Positions 41,082 to 44,963 of a DNA stretch of 44,963 nucleotides are shown here, piece after piece. Numbering within the stretch: the first letter of the stretch is position 1; each line of letters begins with the position of its first letter. Position numbers and translations under genes: made by a program. The notes under the pieces were generated by a model that saw only the letters and a list, made by a program, of their open reading frames with translations, did not search any database and had not been told where the DNA came from. The DNA lies in the NCBI GenBank assembly GCA_964424855.1, contig CAYRKS010000001.1:1-44963 (forward strand). Direction: 5' to 3'. The DNA comes from an uncultured Lachnospiraceae bacterium (GTDB taxonomy: Bacteria; Bacillota; Clostridia; Oscillospirales; CAG-272).

Positions 41082-43988
41082 ATGGCAGCTAATCAGAAGA
41101 AGCAGACTCGCATAAGCGAGCTGGCAAAGGATCTCGGAGTAAAGAACAAGGAGATCCTCGATATATTGAACGAAAACGGTGTTGAGGGGAAGTCTTCCTC
41201 GGGAACGATCGATCCCGAGGAGTTCAATCTGGTGATGAACGAGCTCACTAACCGCAATCAGATAAGCGGGATAGGCGATTATATCGACGGTAAGCTCAAG
41301 CTCGAACCCAAGTCCGATGCAAAGAAGACCGAGCAGAGAGGCGAGGCTAAGAAGCCGGCAAAGAGCGAGGCTCCGAAGAATGACGCGCCCAAGAGTGAAA
41401 CGACCGACTCCGAAAAGGCTGAGGCGGCAAAGACCGAGCCTGCAAAGACCGAAAATCACAAGACCGACACTGCGAAGAGCGGTGATCGCAGCCGCACTCA
41501 GAATCGTTCGGAGCGTCCTCAGAACGGTCAGAACGAGCGCAGAGGCGACAACAAGGGTGAACGCACCAACGATCAGCGCGCACAGAACGGCAATCGTCAG
41601 GGTGAGCGTCCTCAGAACGACAGAGGTCAAAATGACAGAGGTCAAAATGACCGTGGTCAGTCAGATCGTTCGAACGGACGAAACGATCGTTCGCAGGGCG
41701 CGGCAAACGCAAATCGTCCCGAGCGTTCACAGAATCAGAGCCGTCCCCAGGGCGAACGCCCCCAGGGAGACCGCGCACAGAATCGTCCTCAGGGCGATCG
41801 TTTCCAGAACGACCGTGCGGGTCAGGGCAATCGTCAGGATCGTTCGCAGGGCTTCGGCGGCGGACGCTCTCAGGGCGGCGACCGTTCGGGCGGCTTTGGC
41901 GGAGGCTTTGGAGGCTTCGGTGGCTTTAAGGATAAGGACAAGGATTCGGGCTCTAACGGACCTCGCAGAAAGAGTGATCCGGTTCACACCTACACTCGCG
42001 GAAAGAACGCACCGAAGCCGGGCGAGAGCCGCGTAGTCGATACGAGAACGGCGACGGTCGATCTCGAGAAGTACGACGAGCGTCTCGAGAGCTTTGTACC
42101 CGAGTCCGACAAGGACAGCCGCGGCGAGAAGCAGAAGCTCAAGAAGCAGAACAATCGCGACTATCAGTCTCAGCGCGAGAAGGAGCGCGTTGCGATGGAG
42201 AAGCTTCGCAAGCAGGGTGTTGAGAGAGCAAAGAAGCAGCCGCTTCAGATCACTGTTCCCGATGAGATCACGGTCGGCGAGTTTGCCTCCCGTCTCAAGA
42301 TGACCGCCGGAGAGGTTATAAAGAAGCTCATGGGACTCGGTGTCATGGCTACCGTGAACCAGACTATCGACTTTGATACTGCATATCTCGTAGCCGACGA
42401 GCTTGGTGCGAAGGTAACTCGCGAGGTCGTTGTTACAATTGAGGATCGTCTTTTCGACGAGTCGGAGGACAATGCAGACGAGCTTGTACCGAGAGCACCC
42501 GTTGTCTGCGTAATGGGACACGTTGACCACGGAAAGACCTCGCTGCTCGATGCGATCCGCCACACGAACGTTACCGCAGGAGAGGCGGGCGGAATCACCC
42601 AGGCGATCGGTGCATACCGTGTAAAGGTAAACGATCGCGACATGACCTTCCTCGACACTCCCGGTCACGAGGCATTCACCGCGATGCGTGCAAGAGGTGC
42701 GAAATCGACCGATATCGCGATCCTCGTCGTTGCCGCAGATGACGGAATCATGCCGCAGACCATCGAGGCAATAAACCACGCAAAGGCTGCCGGCATAGAT
42801 ATCGTTGTTGCGATAAACAAGATGGATAAGCCGAGCGCAAATCCCGACAATGTAAAGCAGGAGCTCACCAAATATGAGCTTGTTCCCGAGGAATGGGGCG
42901 GAGATGTTATCTGCGTACCTGTTTCGGCACTCACGGGCGCGGGCATTGAGGATCTTCTCGAAAACGTAATGCTCGTTGCCGACATGAAGGAGCTCAAGGC
43001 AAATCCGAACCGCCGTGCTAAGGGTCTCATCCTCGAGGCTAAGCTTGACAAGGGACGCGGACCCGTTGCGACGGTGCTCGTTCAGAACGGAACGCTCAAC
43101 ACGGGCGACATAGTTATTGCCGGAACTGCGGTCGGACGTGTCCGCGCGATGACCGATGACAAGGGCAGAACGGTAAAGACCGCAGGACCTTCGGTACCGG
43201 TAGAGATAATCGGACTTGCGGAGGTTCCCGAATCTGGAGACGAATTTGCGGCGGTCGAGGACGAGCGCATGGCTCGAGAGCTTGCCGAGCAGAGAAGAAC
43301 CAAGTCGAAGGAGGAGCAGTTCAAGGCGAACGCAAAGGTCAGCCTCGATGCGCTCTTCGATCAGATCTCCGAGGGCGTAAAGGATCTCAACATCATTGTC
43401 AAGGCTGATGTCGGAGGCTCCGCAGAGGCAGTCAAGCAGTCGCTCCAGAAGCTGACCAATGAAGAGGTCAGAGTCAACATCATCCACACCGCGGTCGGCG
43501 GAATCACCGAGAGCGATGTAATGCTCGCATCGGCTTCCAATGCACTGATTGTCGGCTTCAATGTCCGTCCCGACAAGGGCGCGATCGATTCTGCCGAGAA
43601 GCAGAGCGTCGAGATACGCACCTACCGTATCATTTACGAGTGCATCGAGGAGATCGAGGCGGCGATGAAGGGTATGCTTGCTCCGAAGTTCAAGGAGACT
43701 CTTCTCGGACACGCGCAGGTTCGCCAGACCATCCACGTTCCTAATGTCGGAACTATTGCTGGATCGTATGTCCAGGACGGAAAGGTATCGAGAAATGCCG
43801 AGATAAGAGTCGTCCGCGACGGCGTTGTGATCTTCGAGGATAAGATATCCTCGCTCAAGCGTTTCAAGGATGACGCAAGAGAGGTCGCACAGGGCTTTGA
43901 GTGCGGAATCGGACTTGAGCGTTTCAACGACATCAAGGAGGGCGACATCCTCGAGGCATATATCATGGAGGAAGTCAAGCCGGAATAA
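41082..43988 (+). CDS. infB: Translation initiation factor IF-2 with a long low-complexity N-terminal region
   Basis: G-domain motifs [20 protein letters not shown] and NKMD, with conserved C-terminal domains. The N-terminal ~330 aa are rich in R/Q/N/D/G/E/K repeats. Confidence 0.98.
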   Translation: MAANQKKQTRISELAKDLGVKNKEILDILNENGVEGKSSSGTIDPEEFNLVMNELTNRNQISGIGDYIDGKLKLEPKSDAKKTEQRGEAKKPAKSEAPKNDAPKSETTDSEKAEAAKTEPAKTENHKTDTAKSGDRSRTQNRSERPQNGQNERRGDNKGERTNDQRAQNGNRQGERPQNDRGQNDRGQNDRGQSDRSNGRNDRSQGAANANRPERSQNQSRPQGERPQGDRAQNRPQGDRFQNDRAGQGNRQDRSQGFGGGRSQGGDRSGGFGGGFGGFGGFKDKDKDSGSNGPRRKSDPVHTYTRGKNAPKPGESRVVDTRTATVDLEKYDERLESFVPESDKDSRGEKQKLKKQNNRDYQSQREKERVAMEKLRKQGVERAKKQPLQITVPDEITVGEFASRLKMTAGEVIKKLMGLGVMATVNQTIDFDTAYLVADELGAKVTREVVVTIEDRLFDESEDNADELVPRAPVVCVMGHVDHGKTSLLDAIRHTNVTAGEAGGITQAIGAYRVKVNDRDMTFLDTPGHEAFTAMRARGAKSTDIAILVVAADDGIMPQTIEAINHAKAAGIDIVVAINKMDKPSANPDNVKQELTKYELVPEEWGGDVICVPVSALTGAGIEDLLENVMLVADMKELKANPNRRAKGLILEAKLDKGRGPVATVLVQNGTLNTGDIVIAGTAVGRVRAMTDDKGRTVKTAGPSVPVEIIGLAEVPESGDEFAAVEDERMARELAEQRRTKSKEEQFKANAKVSLDALFDQISEGVKDLNIIVKADVGGSAEAVKQSLQKLTNEEVRVNIIHTAVGGITESDVMLASASNALIVGFNVRPDKGAIDSAEKQSVEIRTYRIIYECIEEIEAAMKGMLAPKFKETLLGHAQVRQTIHVPNVGTIAGSYVQDGKVSRNAEIRVVRDGVVIFEDKISSLKRFKDDAREVAQGFECGIGLERFNDIKEGDILEAYIMEEVKPE
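41613..41657 (+). repeat. 15-bp in-frame tandem repeat (about 3 units) inside infB encoding QNDRG repeats
   Basis: cagaacgacagaggt / caaaatgacagaggt / caaaatgaccgtggt, followed by a degenerate fourth unit (QSDRS). Confidence 0.85.
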
Positions 43989-44020
43989 GCTGCGAATAAA
44001 GCAGGTGAAATATTAAAAAA

Positions 44021-44048
44021 CGGTCTGCCCGAGAAAGCGGGCAGACCG
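44021..44048. other. 10-bp perfect hairpin between infB and prfB (A-tract upstream, no U-tract downstream on the + strand)
   Basis: cggtctgccc - gagaaagc - gggcagaccg, preceded by AAAAAA (44015-44020) and followed by ctgaaaagg. Confidence 0.7.
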
Positions 44049-44068
44049 CTGAAAAGGAGAACAATTCA

Positions 44069-44963
44069 TTGATAATACAACTTGAAGACGCGAAATACAA
44101 GCTTACAAATATGCGCGCCGACATAAACGAGCTCGCCTCGGCTCTCAGAATTGAGCAGCTCAGAGCCGAGATCGAGGAGGACGAAAAGGCGACGACCGAG
44201 CCGGATTTCTGGAACGATGCCGAAAATTCGAGCCGTGTGCTTCAGAAGATCAAGCAGAAGAAGGACAGAGTAGCCGGCTGGGAGGCTCTCAGAGACAAGC
44301 TCGAGGACGCTATCGTTCTCGCCGAGATGGGCATTGAGGAGAACGACGAATCGGTGGTCGAGGAGGTCGAAAGCGAGCTCAAGGCTATCGAAAACGAAGA
44401 GGAGCGTCAGCGTATCGAGGTCCTGCTCTCGGGCGAATACGACCGCAACAATGCGATCGTTTCGTTCCATCCGGGCGCGGGCGGAACCGAGGCTCAGGAC
44501 TGGGCACTCATGCTCTATCGTATGTACACCCGTTGGGGTGAGAAGCACGGCTTTAACGTAAAGCTGGTCGATTGGCTCGACGGCGAGGAAGCGGGCATTA
44601 AGAGCGCGACCATCATGGTCTCGGGAACGAATGCTTACGGCTATCTCAAGAGCGAGGCGGGCGTTCATCGTCTGGTCAGAGTATCTCCCTTCGATTCGTC
44701 GGGAAGACGGCACACGTCGTTTGCCTCGGTCGAGGTAATGCCCGAATTTGAGGACGACGGAAAGATAGAGCTTCGCGACGAGGATCTTGAGATCACGGCG
44801 CACCGTTCGTCGGGTGCGGGCGGTCAGCACATAAACAAGACCGACTCTGCTATCCGCATAACTCACCTTCCTACCGGAATAGTTGTCGGCTGTCAGACCG
44901 AGCGTTCGCAGCTCCAGAACAAGGAGACCGCGCTCAAGATGCTGAAGTCGAAGCTGATGGAGA
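44069..44963 (+). CDS. prfB: Peptide chain release factor 2 (3'-truncated by the window end), encoded in a single frame
   Basis: This gene is not in the ORF track. My own translation starts from TTG 44069, 8 nt after AAAGGAGA. It gives ...EPDFWND...FHPGAGGTEAQDWALMLYRMY...GVHRLVRVSPFDSSGRRHTSFASVEV...SGAGGQHINKTDSAIRITHLPTGIVV.CQ.ERSQ..NKE.A.KML.SKL, with the SPF and GGQ motifs in the same frame as the N-terminus. Confidence 0.93.
   Translation, partial: MIIQLEDAKYKLTNMRADINELASALRIEQLRAEIEEDEKATTEPDFWNDAENSSRVLQKIKQKKDRVAGWEALRDKLEDAIVLAEMGIEENDESVVEEVESELKAIENEEERQRIEVLLSGEYDRNNAIVSFHPGAGGTEAQDWALMLYRMYTRWGEKHGFNVKLVDWLDGEEAGIKSATIMVSGTNAYGYLKSEAGVHRLVRVSPFDSSGRRHTSFASVEVMPEFEDDGKIELRDEDLEITAHRSSGAGGQHINKTDSAIRITHLPTGIVVGCQTERSQLQNKETALKMLKSKLME

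Noticed and set aside
41613-41672. Short tandem repeats as a possible CRISPR-like or minisatellite element
   Set aside because: The repeats are 15 bp, in-frame, contiguous without spacers, and inside infB coding sequence. They are simply codon repeats of a low-complexity protein region.
41727-43736. 669-aa ORF on the minus strand, plus other long alternative-frame ORFs within infB (41317..42036, 41073..41645)
   Set aside because: All of these lie inside infB, whose G-domain motifs are unambiguous. Low-complexity repeats and GC-rich third positions keep the alternative frames open.
44069-44200. Programmed +1 frameshift site in prfB
   Set aside because: I looked for the canonical CTT TGA context and for an upstream short ORF in another frame. 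None is present, and the gene reads through in one frame. This is reported as a finding instead.
44066-44866. 266-aa ORF on the minus strand, the only ORF-track entry in this region
   Set aside because: It is antisense to prfB. The real gene on the + strand is absent from the track only because it has no stop within the window. The RF2 motifs (SPF, GGQ) make the + frame certain.

Overview
This is a chromosomal segment of a moderately GC-rich Firmicutes/Clostridia-type genome. The taxonomic call rests on a Firmicute-style rimP-nusA-ylxR-ylxQ-infB operon, rpsF-ssb-rpsR, IreB, DUF951, and Spo0A_C-domain and SpoIVFB-like genes. I support 37 protein-coding genes. One of them, a 3'-truncated prfB, is missing from the ORF track because it runs off the window. 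I also call many near-consensus sigma-A type promoters and several intrinsic terminators. I saw no rRNA, tRNA, CRISPR array, transposase, integrase or phage genes. Housekeeping blocks alternate with accessory modules. The accessory modules are two AraC + orphan lipoprotein-SBP + enzyme units (one with a GH28, one with a glycyl radical enzyme), a large glycoside-hydrolase-like gene, a MATE pump and several hydrolases. The best candidates for something undescribed are, in order: (1) a three-gene operon at 17.4-22.9 kb, in which two paralogous ABC exporter halves each carry a ~190-aa N-terminal cytosolic domain ending in a zinc ribbon and flank a DUF1854-like gene; (2) a glycyl radical enzyme with no activase in the window, co-transcribed with a solute-binding lipoprotein under a divergent AraC regulator; (3) a regulatory node at 29.5-32.2 kb made of a Spo0A_C paralogue with a degenerate receiver domain, a 474-bp AT-rich control region and two tandem XRE+winged-helix regulators. 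All functional calls come from reading motifs by eye. No database search was run.
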